A stretch of DNA of 64,000 nt from an uncultured Myxococcales bacterium. GTDB taxonomy: Bacteria; Myxococcota_A; Bradymonadia; UBA7976; UBA1532. The position numbers and the translations under genes were made by a program. Below, piece after piece: positions 8,868 through 18,003 of this stretch. Position 1 is the stretch's first letter, and every line of letters starts with the position of its first letter. The notes under the pieces were generated by a model that searched no databases, was not told the origin of the DNA, and saw only the letters and a list, made by a program, of their open reading frames with translations. The stretch covers positions 6,129-70,128 of the forward strand of contig CAINDO010000440.1 in the NCBI GenBank assembly GCA_903847385.1. The letters are read 5' to 3'.

Positions 8868-11800
8868 TCAGCGCCGTCGGGTCTCCCGTTCGGCCGATGC
8901 GCGGTAGTTCTCGGCCATCATGGTGCAGAGCCTCGCGGACTCTGGCCACTGCGTTCCGAGGCGCCGGGCGCTGTTCTCCAGCATCTCGGCGAGGATTCGC
9001 TCATGGTACGCGGGGTCGTGCGGGTCGATCTCACGAACGCCCTGGCGGTTGAAATGCGCACGTGCGATCGCCCGTCGGAGCCGCTCGGAGTCGTGCCGCT
9101 TCAGAATTTCGCGCGCCACCGGTGGCGGCCACAGGTCGACCTCGCCCAGGTCCGAGGCGAGGTTGCCGAGGATGTGACCGAGGAAGTCGGCACACCCGAC
9201 GGCGTGGCCCGTCGCGCGACACTGGGCGACGAACGCGTCCGCCCAATTGGGGAGCGTCTCGGGCAGGAACTTCAGATTCAGGCCGAACACCACTCTTTGC
9301 CCGATCCGGCCCAGGTTCGACTCGGGTTGGAGTCTCGTTTCCTCGCCGTCGGGCGTGAACGTCTGCCGGACCACGTCGGCGGCGAAGGCGGGGGAGGTCT
9401 CGAGTGCGCGTCGAATGCGCTCGGGAAGTGGCCCAAAGTCATCGCGAAGGGGCAAGAACTTCAGTTCGAGCGCGACGAGTTCTTCGACCTGAGCCCCGGT
9501 CGCCTCGAGCACGTCGAGGCCAAGCGCAACGACGTCCGAAAACCGGATATCGGGCCGGGTGGGCGTCTCCACGGCCGACAGCGCGGCACGCAGGTGCGTC
9601 GCCTGGGCGCGAACACTCGGCAGGCGTTCCGGCCAGTCCGCGGGCAACGATTCGAGAATCTGGCGCGCGCCACCCCACGCGAGCAACCCGCTCAGGAGAA
9701 TCGTTGCGAGATTGGCGTCCTCCGACCATGGATCGAAGGGCGCGGCCTCCCACCAGGCCGCCTGAATCGGCTCGGGACACGTCGCGAGCCAGTGCAAGAC
9801 AGCCTCCTCGGCGGGCAGCTCTCGCAGCAACGGCTGAGCGACTTCGATGGCACCCCGTCGAAGCAGCTCGTCGAGCCGGTGCAGCCGAGCCTCCACGTCG
9901 AGACGCCTGAAGTACCCAGCGCGGAGCCCGCCGGCGACCGGACCGCGGTCGAGGTCCCAGATCTCGCGGGCGACGCAGTCCGACCACTCCGCGTGTGCAG
10001 CGATGGCCCACCCGAGGCGCGCCGCGCTGTACTCATCGAATTCGGTGAGTTCTGCCGCGTGAAAGAGACAGTCCCCACGCCGGAGGGCGGCGTTCACGAC
10101 CTCCACCAGGCTCGCGTCCGCCCGGCGCAACTTCTCCGCCTCGAAGTCTCGGTACGCCGGAAACTCCCGAATCGACATGCCGTCGAGGTGGTCCGGCTGG
10201 GAGCCGAACATCCACGCGATGTCGCCGAGCCGCACCTCGTCCGGCGCCGGCTGGAGTGCGCCGTAGGCTTGCATCAGAGCTTCGACGGCGTCGCCCTTGA
10301 ACGACCACCATGCGTCGCGAAAGGTCTTGGCGTCGGCGAGATGTTTCCGAAGGGCCCCGCGAACTCGGCGTCGACCGGCCGGTTCGAGTGAGCCCTCTCG
10401 CGATGCTCGCCCCAAGGCATCGAGGCATTGTGTCAGCACATCCTGGCCGAGGATGGGAGAGAGCGCATGCACCAGCGAGGGCCAGACACTGAAGTCGCGC
10501 TCGGCCGTCTTCACGAGTCGATGCACGAGCCACTCGAGGTCACTGTCGGTCATCCGCCCTTGGCCCGGCGCACCCTCGGCCGGGGCGTCGTTGCGACCCT
10601 CCATGAACTCCGGTGGGCCCAAGCCCATCCACATCGCGCCCGAGGGCCGTGGGAGAAGGCCGAGCAGAATCGCGGCGAGCGCCCGGGTCGATGCCCCCCG
10701 CTCGTCCGCCGCGTCGAGCGCCCGCCGGCAACACTCGCCGCCGGTCGCGGAGCTTGCCCATCGAGTCCGCAGGATCGCGTGGAGCGAGGACAACGGACTG
10801 TTGCCGAGCCCGCCGTGCGGCCCGTCGTCTGCGTCTGCGAGCATCAACAGTCGATCGACCACACGCACGAACAGTGCCGGTCCCCACGGGAGCCGTTCCG
10901 GTGCCCACGAGAGCCGTTCCAGCGCCCAGAGCAGTGGAAGTCGGTGTCTCTTCAACGCCTCCGGGTCGAGTGCGTCGAGAAATGCCCCCGGCGCGGTCTC
11001 GGCCAGTGTCTCCAGACACGCCGCGGATGGGGCGGCGAGCGCCCGGCGCACGAGGGTGCCGGCGAGCTGTTCCGCGCGCGTCTTGTCACCCTGCGCGGCG
11101 AACGGGGACCAGCGGATCAGGGCAAGGGCCCGGACGAGGGCGTCGGCCTCGCTGCGCTCGATCGGCTCGGCGTTCTCGGCGACGAGCAGCGCTTCGGCGG
11201 CGTCGAGAATGCGGTGCGCGTTCCCGTTCAACCAGTGCCGTTCGGTCTTTCGCCAGGTGTCGACCGGCGTGCGCCAGCCCCACATCGTACCCCGATCTTC
11301 GAGCGCAATCGGTTCGGCATGGGCAAGGGCCTCGGTTGCGTCCACGACCCGCTCGACCTTCGCTCCAGCGAGGCGGCGAAGCACCACGCCGAGCGGCGCA
11401 CCCGATTTCGGAGACGCGCCGAGGACGAGCGCGGGCCAGACCTCGGCCAGGATCTCGCGCCTGGCCCACGACGCCGATGCGCTCAGGAGCCCTCGCAGCG
11501 CCAGAAACCCGTTGCCGGCGGCCCGCGCTGCCCTGTGAATCGCATCTTGTGGCCAGCGCTCGGCCTCCAGCAGGTCGTGCAATCGCGGCGGAGCGAGGAA
11601 CCGCAAGTGGATCACGGCCGGATCATCGGGCGGGCTTTGTGGCACGCTGGCGTCCGGGCGGCTCCATTCGGTGGATCGAATCACGACATGCGGAGCACGT
11701 GCCGGCAACCGCAGGCGGCCCTCGGGCGTGTCGTCGATGAGAATCAGCCGCTCCGGTGACGACTGGGCGGCGTCGAACGCGGTCCTCGTCGAGATGACGA

Positions 11801-12881
11801 GGGTACGATGGCGAAGCATGGCGAGGGAACCCACCGCATGAGCGGCGAACGCGACGCCCTCGTCCCTGTGCGAAGCCTGAACTTCGACCGAGTGAATCGC
11901 CGGTCGCATTACGGCGCCGAGCAGCGCCGCGACTTCAGCGCTTCGGCCCGCGGCGACTGCGGCCAGTGGCAGGCTCAGCGCCCGAGCGTCGTCGAAGACC
12001 GACTGATCTTCGTCGAAGACCGACTGGTCTTGCCATCGCTTTTCGAAGTCGTCCAGCGAAGAGAGACCGTCGTCCGCGAAGGGTGACCCGATCAACTTCG
12101 AGAACCACCGGCGCACGACCGGGGCCGCATCCAGCCAATGCAGGAGCTGCGGCCGGTCGATGACCCGAACAGCCCGGAAGCCGTGCTTTCGACACTGTGC
12201 GCTGGCCCAGTCCGCCGAGGTCGGCGGCGCGGACCCCCAGAGGTGGGGCGTCACGAACACGACGGTCACATCCGCTGGCAAACGCCCTTCCGCGGCGCAC
12301 TTCGTTTGCGCCGCCGCCAGATCCCGGCCCGCCTTGCTCCGTGCATCGGACTGAACGGAGAACTCCCAGAACGACGGACCCACCGGGACGAAGGGTCCGC
12401 CGAGCCCGCAGGTCACCGCCCCATCCCAACCCTTCCGCTCGGCGTCGTCGCGCAGGAGAAAACGCGGTTGGTCGAGGTCGCGCCACGGGACGGTCGCAAG
12501 TATGAGTCGCCAGACCAGCTCGGGCAACTGCCTCCGCGATTCGAGCGTCGCCGCCCAGCGGTCCAGGTCCATCCGGTTCGGGTCCCAGACACCCCCCGCC
12601 AGCGACCCGATGCGGCCGGTCGCGTCGCCCGCGCTCGGGTCCGGGTCGTCGAGGCGAACCAGACTGGCCACGGACCGGCGCAGCCCGATCGCGAGGCGCT
12701 CGAGGTCTGGACCGGTCAGCGAGGTCTGCTCGCCCGAGAGCAGCCGCGAGATCGTCGACTGCGAGAGGCCGATTCGCTGCGCCCAGGCCCGCTGCGAGAG
12801 GTTTTCAGAAGCGAGACGTTCGGCTATGATCCCGCCGACATCTCGAATCACCGAGATTCTCTCACCAGAGCGCCTGGCCAT
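8868..12881 (-). CDS. 1337-aa protein with an N-terminal XRE-family helix-turn-helix and a large uncharacterised helical body; no P-loop found
   Basis: The N-terminus (..NLSQRAWAQRIGLSQSTISRLLSGEQ) is a typical XRE HTH. The long ORF has non-Arg-biased composition. I found no Walker A motif. It sits divergently to an AbiE-like pair. Confidence 0.65.
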   Translation of the reverse strand: MARRSGERISVIRDVGGIIAERLASENLSQRAWAQRIGLSQSTISRLLSGEQTSLTGPDLERLAIGLRRSVASLVRLDDPDPSAGDATGRIGSLAGGVWDPNRMDLDRWAATLESRRQLPELVWRLILATVPWRDLDQPRFLLRDDAERKGWDGAVTCGLGGPFVPVGPSFWEFSVQSDARSKAGRDLAAAQTKCAAEGRLPADVTVVFVTPHLWGSAPPTSADWASAQCRKHGFRAVRVIDRPQLLHWLDAAPVVRRWFSKLIGSPFADDGLSSLDDFEKRWQDQSVFDEDQSVFDDARALSLPLAAVAAGRSAEVAALLGAVMRPAIHSVEVQASHRDEGVAFAAHAVGSLAMLRHRTLVISTRTAFDAAQSSPERLILIDDTPEGRLRLPARAPHVVIRSTEWSRPDASVPQSPPDDPAVIHLRFLAPPRLHDLLEAERWPQDAIHRAARAAGNGFLALRGLLSASASWARREILAEVWPALVLGASPKSGAPLGVVLRRLAGAKVERVVDATEALAHAEPIALEDRGTMWGWRTPVDTWRKTERHWLNGNAHRILDAAEALLVAENAEPIERSEADALVRALALIRWSPFAAQGDKTRAEQLAGTLVRRALAAPSAACLETLAETAPGAFLDALDPEALKRHRLPLLWALERLSWAPERLPWGPALFVRVVDRLLMLADADDGPHGGLGNSPLSSLHAILRTRWASSATGGECCRRALDAADERGASTRALAAILLGLLPRPSGAMWMGLGPPEFMEGRNDAPAEGAPGQGRMTDSDLEWLVHRLVKTAERDFSVWPSLVHALSPILGQDVLTQCLDALGRASREGSLEPAGRRRVRGALRKHLADAKTFRDAWWSFKGDAVEALMQAYGALQPAPDEVRLGDIAWMFGSQPDHLDGMSIREFPAYRDFEAEKLRRADASLVEVVNAALRRGDCLFHAAELTEFDEYSAARLGWAIAAHAEWSDCVAREIWDLDRGPVAGGLRAGYFRRLDVEARLHRLDELLRRGAIEVAQPLLRELPAEEAVLHWLATCPEPIQAAWWEAAPFDPWSEDANLATILLSGLLAWGGARQILESLPADWPERLPSVRAQATHLRAALSAVETPTRPDIRFSDVVALGLDVLEATGAQVEELVALELKFLPLRDDFGPLPERIRRALETSPAFAADVVRQTFTPDGEETRLQPESNLGRIGQRVVFGLNLKFLPETLPNWADAFVAQCRATGHAVGCADFLGHILGNLASDLGEVDLWPPPVAREILKRHDSERLRRAIARAHFNRQGVREIDPHDPAYHERILAEMLENSARRLGTQWPESARLCTMMAENYRASAERETRRR

Positions 12882-12917
12882 GATTCATTCCAGATTCAAT
12901 GCGAATGAATGAATCAT
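12880..12917. promoter_or_regulatory. AT-rich divergent operator: perfect 11-bp inverted repeat ATGATTCATTC / GAATGAATCAT with a 16-bp spacer
   Basis: The arms lie at 12880-12890 and 12907-12917. Local GC is about 30% in a genome of about 70%. Both divergent start codons lie in or next to the arms. Confidence 0.55.
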
Positions 12918-13472
12918 CTCGAATTCACCGCGCGGAGTCAAATCGTGCTGCAGCCCGTGGACCTCGTGGTCGCCCTGAAGCTTTGCTGCCACGCAGACGG
13001 CCAGCCCGTCTCGCGCGCCGAGAGCGCGGCGTCGCTCGGGATCTCGCGCCGCCGCTTCGACGATGCGGTGACGCGCCTGGTGGCGTCCCGCCTGGCCAGC
13101 GCCGAGAGCCTTCGGCCGCGCGCGCACTCGCTGATGGAGTTCCTCTGCGCGGGTGTCCCCTATTGGCTCCCCGCCGAGGTCGGTGCGATCGCTCGGGGTA
13201 TGCCCGCCGCCACATCCGGTCCGGGGCTCGAGGGACTCGGGCCGATTCAACTCGCCGAAGTGGGTGAATGGGTCTGGCCCGGCGCCCCGGCCCCGTTCGA
13301 TCGGCATGTCGGCAAGGCGCTCCAACCCATCGACCCCATCGTGCCGACGGCCGCGGCGCGCGATCAGCGGCTCTACGAACTTCTGAGCCTGCTCGACACC
13401 CTGCGGGTCGGTCATGTCCGTGAGCGCGACGCCGCGCGCGCCGGCCTGTCGCGACGCCTGGGGCTGACGTGA
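12909..13472 (+). CDS. HTH-containing small protein, AbiEi-like putative antitoxin or regulator
   Basis: A winged-HTH-like segment (VSRAESAASLGISRRRFDDAVTRLVASRL). Its stop overlaps the downstream GTG start as GTGA. Confidence 0.5.
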   Translation: MNHLEFTARSQIVLQPVDLVVALKLCCHADGQPVSRAESAASLGISRRRFDDAVTRLVASRLASAESLRPRAHSLMEFLCAGVPYWLPAEVGAIARGMPAATSGPGLEGLGPIQLAEVGEWVWPGAPAPFDRHVGKALQPIDPIVPTAAARDQRLYELLSLLDTLRVGHVRERDAARAGLSRRLGLT

Positions 13473-14158
13473 GTCGCGTGCCGATCAGCCGCGCGGTCTT
13501 CGCGACTGTCGCACGAGTGCTCCAGGCAGGCGGTGTGCGGGTCGTCTTCGTCGGCGGCGCGACCGTCCCACTGCGGGTCGATCTCGTCGCCGGCAACGCT
13601 CGGGTGACCGACGACATCGATTGCGTGGTCGATGCGGTGAGCTACGCCGAGTATGCCGCGCTGCTGGACCGGCTCCGTGCCCTGGGCTTCAGCGACGCCC
13701 CGGAAGAGGGCGTCACCTGCCGGATGCGTCTGGGCAGTGTCCTGATGGACTTCATGCCCCGCGCGAACCTCCCGCTGGCGCCGAGCAGTCCGTTCTTCGA
13801 GCGCATCTGGATGGACCCCGACAGCCTCGAGGTCGAGCCGGGCTTCACGATTCCCGTGGCCCGCATCGGCGATCTGTTCGCGACGAAGGTCGAGGCATTT
13901 CTGGACCGCGGTGCTGCCGATCCTTACGCGAGCAAGGACCTGGAAGACCTCGTGACGCTCCTGGACGGGAGAGCCGGCCTCCTCGACGAACTCGACGCAG
14001 CGAGGGCAGAGGTTCGAGTCGCCGCCGCGCGCTGGGCCGCCTGGATGAGCGCGCGCAGGGACGGTGAGGATCTCGTCGCGGCGTGGTTCTGGGGGAGAGA
14101 CGCAGAACGCCGCTCCGCAACGGTCTGGGCGTTGGTCAAACGGCTCGCCGCGCGCTGA
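13469..14158 (+). CDS. Nucleotidyltransferase-fold protein, AbiEii/DUF1814-like putative toxin
   Basis: N-terminal VVFVGGATVPLRV..ARVTDDIDCVVD matches the Gly-rich loop plus R-x-T-x-D-[IL]-D nucleotidyltransferase signature of AbiEii-family toxins, as I recall it. About 229 aa. The GTG start overlaps the upstream stop. Confidence 0.5.
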   Translation: MSRVPISRAVFATVARVLQAGGVRVVFVGGATVPLRVDLVAGNARVTDDIDCVVDAVSYAEYAALLDRLRALGFSDAPEEGVTCRMRLGSVLMDFMPRANLPLAPSSPFFERIWMDPDSLEVEPGFTIPVARIGDLFATKVEAFLDRGAADPYASKDLEDLVTLLDGRAGLLDELDAARAEVRVAAARWAAWMSARRDGEDLVAAWFWGRDAERRSATVWALVKRLAAR

Positions 14159-14279
14159 ACACCCGTTCGACGCCCCGTGACCTGGACGATGCTGAGCGGC
14201 GTCTCCTCGTAGACGAGGACCCCGCTCGCGGCGGGGGACGCGGCGCCCAATGCGACCATGAGCGCCATGGGGGCGTTCG

Positions 14280-15224
14280 TCATGGCCAGTCGGGCGCGAG
14301 GCACCGCAACTGGGAGCGCCCGTGGGGCTCCTCGGCGACCGCGCAACGCGCGCCGAACGTTGCGCAATCCAGCGCGACCTCCAAACCCTCCAGACACGCG
14401 CGAATGACGGCGCCGTCGCAGGACTCGCGCGTCTCGTCGCCGGCGCAGGCCGGATCGGGCGCGTTGGGCCGGCACCCCGGGCCCTCGTCCATCATCACGC
14501 AATCGTGGCGCGCGGAATACACTCGGCAGTCAAGACGCCCATCGACACGGGGGACGCCGCTCTCCCGGTCGCACCGGAGGGCCACGCCGTCGACGCACGC
14601 GTCGCCGCTGCATCCGGCGGACTCACCACAAGCGTGGAGACCCTCTTCGATCTCCAAACACGTCTGCCCGGCCAGCACACAAGCCCGGCGCCTCTCGTAC
14701 CCACCGATGCATTCGACGACGAAGTCACCTTCACACCGTGACACGCCCTCCACATCGCACGGCGCGCCGACGCAGCTCGGGTGAATGTCTTCGTCCTCGT
14801 TGGGGGCAAGGCGACACACGGACACCGGCCCCCCGACTGCGGGGCAGGAGGTGCGCTCGACGTAGGCCTCACCGTTCGGCTGACTCGAACACGAGGTGCG
14901 CGTCGTGTCCCCCTCACAGGCGGACAGCGTCGACTCGGCGTCACAGCGCTCGCCCAGGTCCAGACAGGCCAAGACCGCCGGACAGTCGGCCGCGCCACGG
15001 ACGCAATCGACTTGGTCGTGGAGGGCGACGCGCAGCGCAGGCCCGCCGACGGCGAGCCCCTGGAGGACTCTGCCGAGCGCCGCGCCCGCCGGAGACCCGG
15101 TGCATACGCTCATCCGCACCGCGTACGCGACGAGATAGGGGTCGTGAAGGCCGGTCGGCGACCGGTCCCCCGAGCACCCGCCGAAGAGCGCGATGCCGAC
15201 CCACGTTGTTTCGAAGCGTCCCAT
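14280..15224 (-). CDS. Cys-rich secreted lipoprotein
   Basis: [18 protein letters not shown] carries a lipobox, and the rest has spaced Cys modules. The start ATG overlaps the upstream gene's TGA as ATGA. Confidence 0.6.
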   Translation of the reverse strand: MGRFETTWVGIALFGGCSGDRSPTGLHDPYLVAYAVRMSVCTGSPAGAALGRVLQGLAVGGPALRVALHDQVDCVRGAADCPAVLACLDLGERCDAESTLSACEGDTTRTSCSSQPNGEAYVERTSCPAVGGPVSVCRLAPNEDEDIHPSCVGAPCDVEGVSRCEGDFVVECIGGYERRRACVLAGQTCLEIEEGLHACGESAGCSGDACVDGVALRCDRESGVPRVDGRLDCRVYSARHDCVMMDEGPGCRPNAPDPACAGDETRESCDGAVIRACLEGLEVALDCATFGARCAVAEEPHGRSQLRCLAPDWP

Positions 15225-16888
15225 CAAGCGCGCCGCCCCCGCCGCCGCACGAACATCCACCGCCCGACGAGCAGGCCGGCCATCCACGGCACCGACGTCG
15301 GCAGGCGCGGTCTCGCGGGGGCCTGCAGGGGCGCCGCGTCGGCCTCGATCCCATCGGCCGTGACGCTCTCGGGCCCGCCGCCCGGGCCGAAGCGCGGGGT
15401 GTTCGCCCCCACGGCCTCGCAGCGCACGAAGCCGCTCGGGTCGACGAACGCGCCGGCGCCGGCGCCGCAGACACAGGCCGGGAAGCCGTTCTTCAACACA
15501 CAGTGTCCGTCGCCGCACGCGTAGACGTTGCAGGGGTCGAAGCTGCCCTGGGCGCCCGCCGCCTCGTCCGTGATGCCCAGGGGGCTCTCGCGGGGCGTGC
15601 AGGTCACGCGCGCCCGGCGATCCGGGCCGATGACCGGCTGCGCAACGTCGCCCTCGGCGCAGAGACAGTGGGCGGCCTGGCCGGACTCGGCGGCACACTC
15701 CGCGCCCGCGCCGCAGTAGTTGTCGAAACATGCGCTCGGCGCGGCGGCGGCGGTGCAGGCGTCGATGGGCGTCTGGCTCGACAGGTCGACGATCGCGGGC
15801 GCGGTGTTTCGACCGGGTCCGGGCACGAAGACCGGGTCCTGGGTCATGTGTTGCGCGCTGAGGCGCGTGTAGAAGCGGGTGACCCAGGGGAAGCCCGTGG
15901 TCCGCTTTTCCATCCCGGGCAGGGGCAGGTCGACACCATGGGCGCCGGTGTATTCGAGCACCCAGCGCTGGCCGTCCGACTCGTCCGCGAGGCGCGCGAC
16001 CCACTCGAAGTAGTTGGTCTGCAGGGTCACCGGGTCGAAGACGATGCCCTCCGGATCGGGCAGCACGCTCTCACCGCCGAACCGCCCGAAGGTCGCGTCG
16101 CCGAGGATGTGAACGCCGATGCCCATCAGCGGCTGTGCGGCGACGGCGGTGAGCCGCAACGGGATGGCAGGCCCCGAGGCCTCGTAACACAGGACCACGG
16201 GGGCGATGTTCTGTGCGGTCTTGCCGTCCCGCAGGCGAAACGCCGCGAACTTCAGGTGCTCGTCGACATAGGCCGCGACGGCCGGGCGCATGTTGTCGGA
16301 GAAGTTGAAGCCGTTGTCGCGCAGCCACGTGATCAGCTCGTCGGCGCTCTCGCTGCCCACCACGACCGCCTCGTAGTTGTCCGTCGTGACCTCGGAGTAC
16401 ACCGTGACGGGCGGCTCGGTCTCGTCTGCGTTGCCACTGCCGCCGGCATCGCCCATGGCCGAGGTCGACGTGTCGTCGCCACACCCGCACCCGGACGACG
16501 CTTCGCCGCCACCGGAGTCCGGGAACCTGCACGCCGAGTAGTCGTACGGCGGCGGAAGCACCGTCAGCCCCGTCACCGCGTCCAGGCGCGCGAACAACGC
16601 CGGATCGGACTCGGCGATGGTGGGCACGGCGGGCACGGGCACGATCCAGGCGAAGGTGTCCGCGGCGCCGCGGTACTGGATCTGCACGTGGGAGCAGACG
16701 ATGCCGGCGGCGGAGTCGACCACGAAGACGATGCGCTCGCCGTTCTGGTCCACGGGCGCCGGCGCGCCGCCCCCGGCGCCGGTGTTGGCGCAGAAGAGCC
16801 CACCGCAAGCGAGCGCGGGCGCAGGCTCAAGAGCGGCGCCGAACAGCGAGAGCCCGAGCGCGACGCGATGATGGAACGCTGACCCCAT
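15224..16888 (-). CDS. Secreted protein whose mature N-terminus begins CGG (DUF2330-like) and which has a hydrophobic plus Arg-rich C-terminal tail
   Basis: Signal peptide [27 protein letters not shown], then CGGLFC. The C-terminus [20 protein letters not shown] is an anchor or sorting-like tail. GGGAGGG ribosome-binding site upstream. The 3' end is coupled to 14280..15224. Confidence 0.6.
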   Translation of the reverse strand: MGSAFHHRVALGLSLFGAALEPAPALACGGLFCANTGAGGGAPAPVDQNGERIVFVVDSAAGIVCSHVQIQYRGAADTFAWIVPVPAVPTIAESDPALFARLDAVTGLTVLPPPYDYSACRFPDSGGGEASSGCGCGDDTSTSAMGDAGGSGNADETEPPVTVYSEVTTDNYEAVVVGSESADELITWLRDNGFNFSDNMRPAVAAYVDEHLKFAAFRLRDGKTAQNIAPVVLCYEASGPAIPLRLTAVAAQPLMGIGVHILGDATFGRFGGESVLPDPEGIVFDPVTLQTNYFEWVARLADESDGQRWVLEYTGAHGVDLPLPGMEKRTTGFPWVTRFYTRLSAQHMTQDPVFVPGPGRNTAPAIVDLSSQTPIDACTAAAAPSACFDNYCGAGAECAAESGQAAHCLCAEGDVAQPVIGPDRRARVTCTPRESPLGITDEAAGAQGSFDPCNVYACGDGHCVLKNGFPACVCGAGAGAFVDPSGFVRCEAVGANTPRFGPGGGPESVTADGIEADAAPLQAPARPRLPTSVPWMAGLLVGRWMFVRRRGRRA

Positions 16889-16941
16889 GGAACGCCCTCC
16901 CGCCGGGTGCCGAAGTCGACCGAGCGCCGACCATACCCCGA

Positions 16942-18000
16942 ATGGCCGACCCATCGCCACGCCGGCCCGCCTGCTCCTATGATGCCACCGTGCACGCGCT
17001 CCTCCCCCGCCCCGCGCCGGCCGACCTCGAGACGCTCGGCGTCCCGGCGGGGCTGCACTTCGACTGCGATGCCCCGGCGCGGCCCGGCTTTCGCGTCGAG
17101 CTCGCCGTCGGGCGTCGGATCCGCGTCGTGTCCGGCGCGCAGGTGCTCCTCCACGCGCGGCCCGGGCCTGCCTACCGGGGCGTGACGCTGCTGCGAGGCG
17201 CCGAGGCCGCGCCTTCACCCTGGCCTCACCTCGGCCCGCGCGACGTCGCCGCGGTCTCGCGAAACGCCGATCCGGGCGATGGGTTGGCGTGGTTCGACGC
17301 GTGGGCCCGGTACATCGTCCGCCTGCTGAACGCGCCCGCGCTGCGCCTCGCCGGCCCGCTCCACCGGGGCACGTGGCGCGTCGAACCGGCCGCCTTGCTC
17401 CGCCCCGATGCCGGTGCGCCACCGCCGGGCCACCGCGCTGTGTTCGCGCCGGATCACGACACCACCGGTTTCGGGCTCGACGCCGCGAGCCCCCTGAGCT
17501 TCGAGAGCTGGTGGCTCAACGGCTCGGGCGCGCTCTTGCCGATGCGCGCGGCGAGCCCCGCCGAGGCCGGCCGGGTCAAGGCGCTGCACAAGCTCGCCCG
17601 CGCCGGGACACTCCCGCCGCTCGTCCTGCTGTTCGTCAGCGGGCTGGACATGTACCTGCTGCTCGATGGCCACGCTCGCCTTCGCGCCGGGCTGCTGGAG
17701 GGTCGGCTGCCGCCGGCGCTGGCGTTGTCGCGCGTCCGCTACTTCCCCTATGCGCCGGACCCGCGGCGCGACACCGCCCTCGCCGGGATGGAGCGCGCGT
17801 TGGACCACGCGCAGGGGCCCGCGACGATCGAGCGCCTCAACCGGAGTGTCCTGGCGCTGTTCGCCGAGGGCGACTGGCGGGCCCGCACGCGCGGTTGGCC
17901 CGTGCCCGGAGGCGCCGGCGCGTGGGACGCCGAGGTCGCCGATCGTTTGCGCACGCTGGGTCTGACCGGCGCGCCGGAAGCGGCGGGGCTGCTCGGCTGA
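16942..18000 (+). CDS. Hypothetical protein
   Basis: High GC3, non-Arg-biased composition, divergent from the 16888 gene. The true start may be a little downstream. Confidence 0.4.
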   Translation: MADPSPRRPACSYDATVHALLPRPAPADLETLGVPAGLHFDCDAPARPGFRVELAVGRRIRVVSGAQVLLHARPGPAYRGVTLLRGAEAAPSPWPHLGPRDVAAVSRNADPGDGLAWFDAWARYIVRLLNAPALRLAGPLHRGTWRVEPAALLRPDAGAPPPGHRAVFAPDHDTTGFGLDAASPLSFESWWLNGSGALLPMRAASPAEAGRVKALHKLARAGTLPPLVLLFVSGLDMYLLLDGHARLRAGLLEGRLPPALALSRVRYFPYAPDPRRDTALAGMERALDHAQGPATIERLNRSVLALFAEGDWRARTRGWPVPGGAGAWDAEVADRLRTLGLTGAPEAAGLLG

Positions 18001-18003
18001 GGC

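Noticed and set aside
5701-8949. 1082-aa antisense ORF and the 611-aa +2-frame ORF (6636..8471) inside the lipoprotein gene
   Set aside because: Both have Arg/His/Gly low-complexity translation. The annotated frame has a lipobox, a GxSxG motif and a sensible amino-acid mix.
9003-11759. Several long plus-strand ORFs (462, 413, 443, 375 aa) overlapping the giant HTH gene
   Set aside because: They have Arg/Pro/Ser-rich junk composition. They overlap one another in different frames. The minus-strand frame gives a continuous HTH-containing protein.
14738-17422. 714-aa plus-strand ORF and the Arg-rich N-terminal extensions of the 574-aa and 732-aa minus-strand ORFs
   Set aside because: The extensions (RRRRR.., GRRCAAGH) are frame artefacts. 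Real starts were set where signal peptides begin, at the ATGs at 15224 and 16888, each with a ribosome-binding site or a coupled stop.
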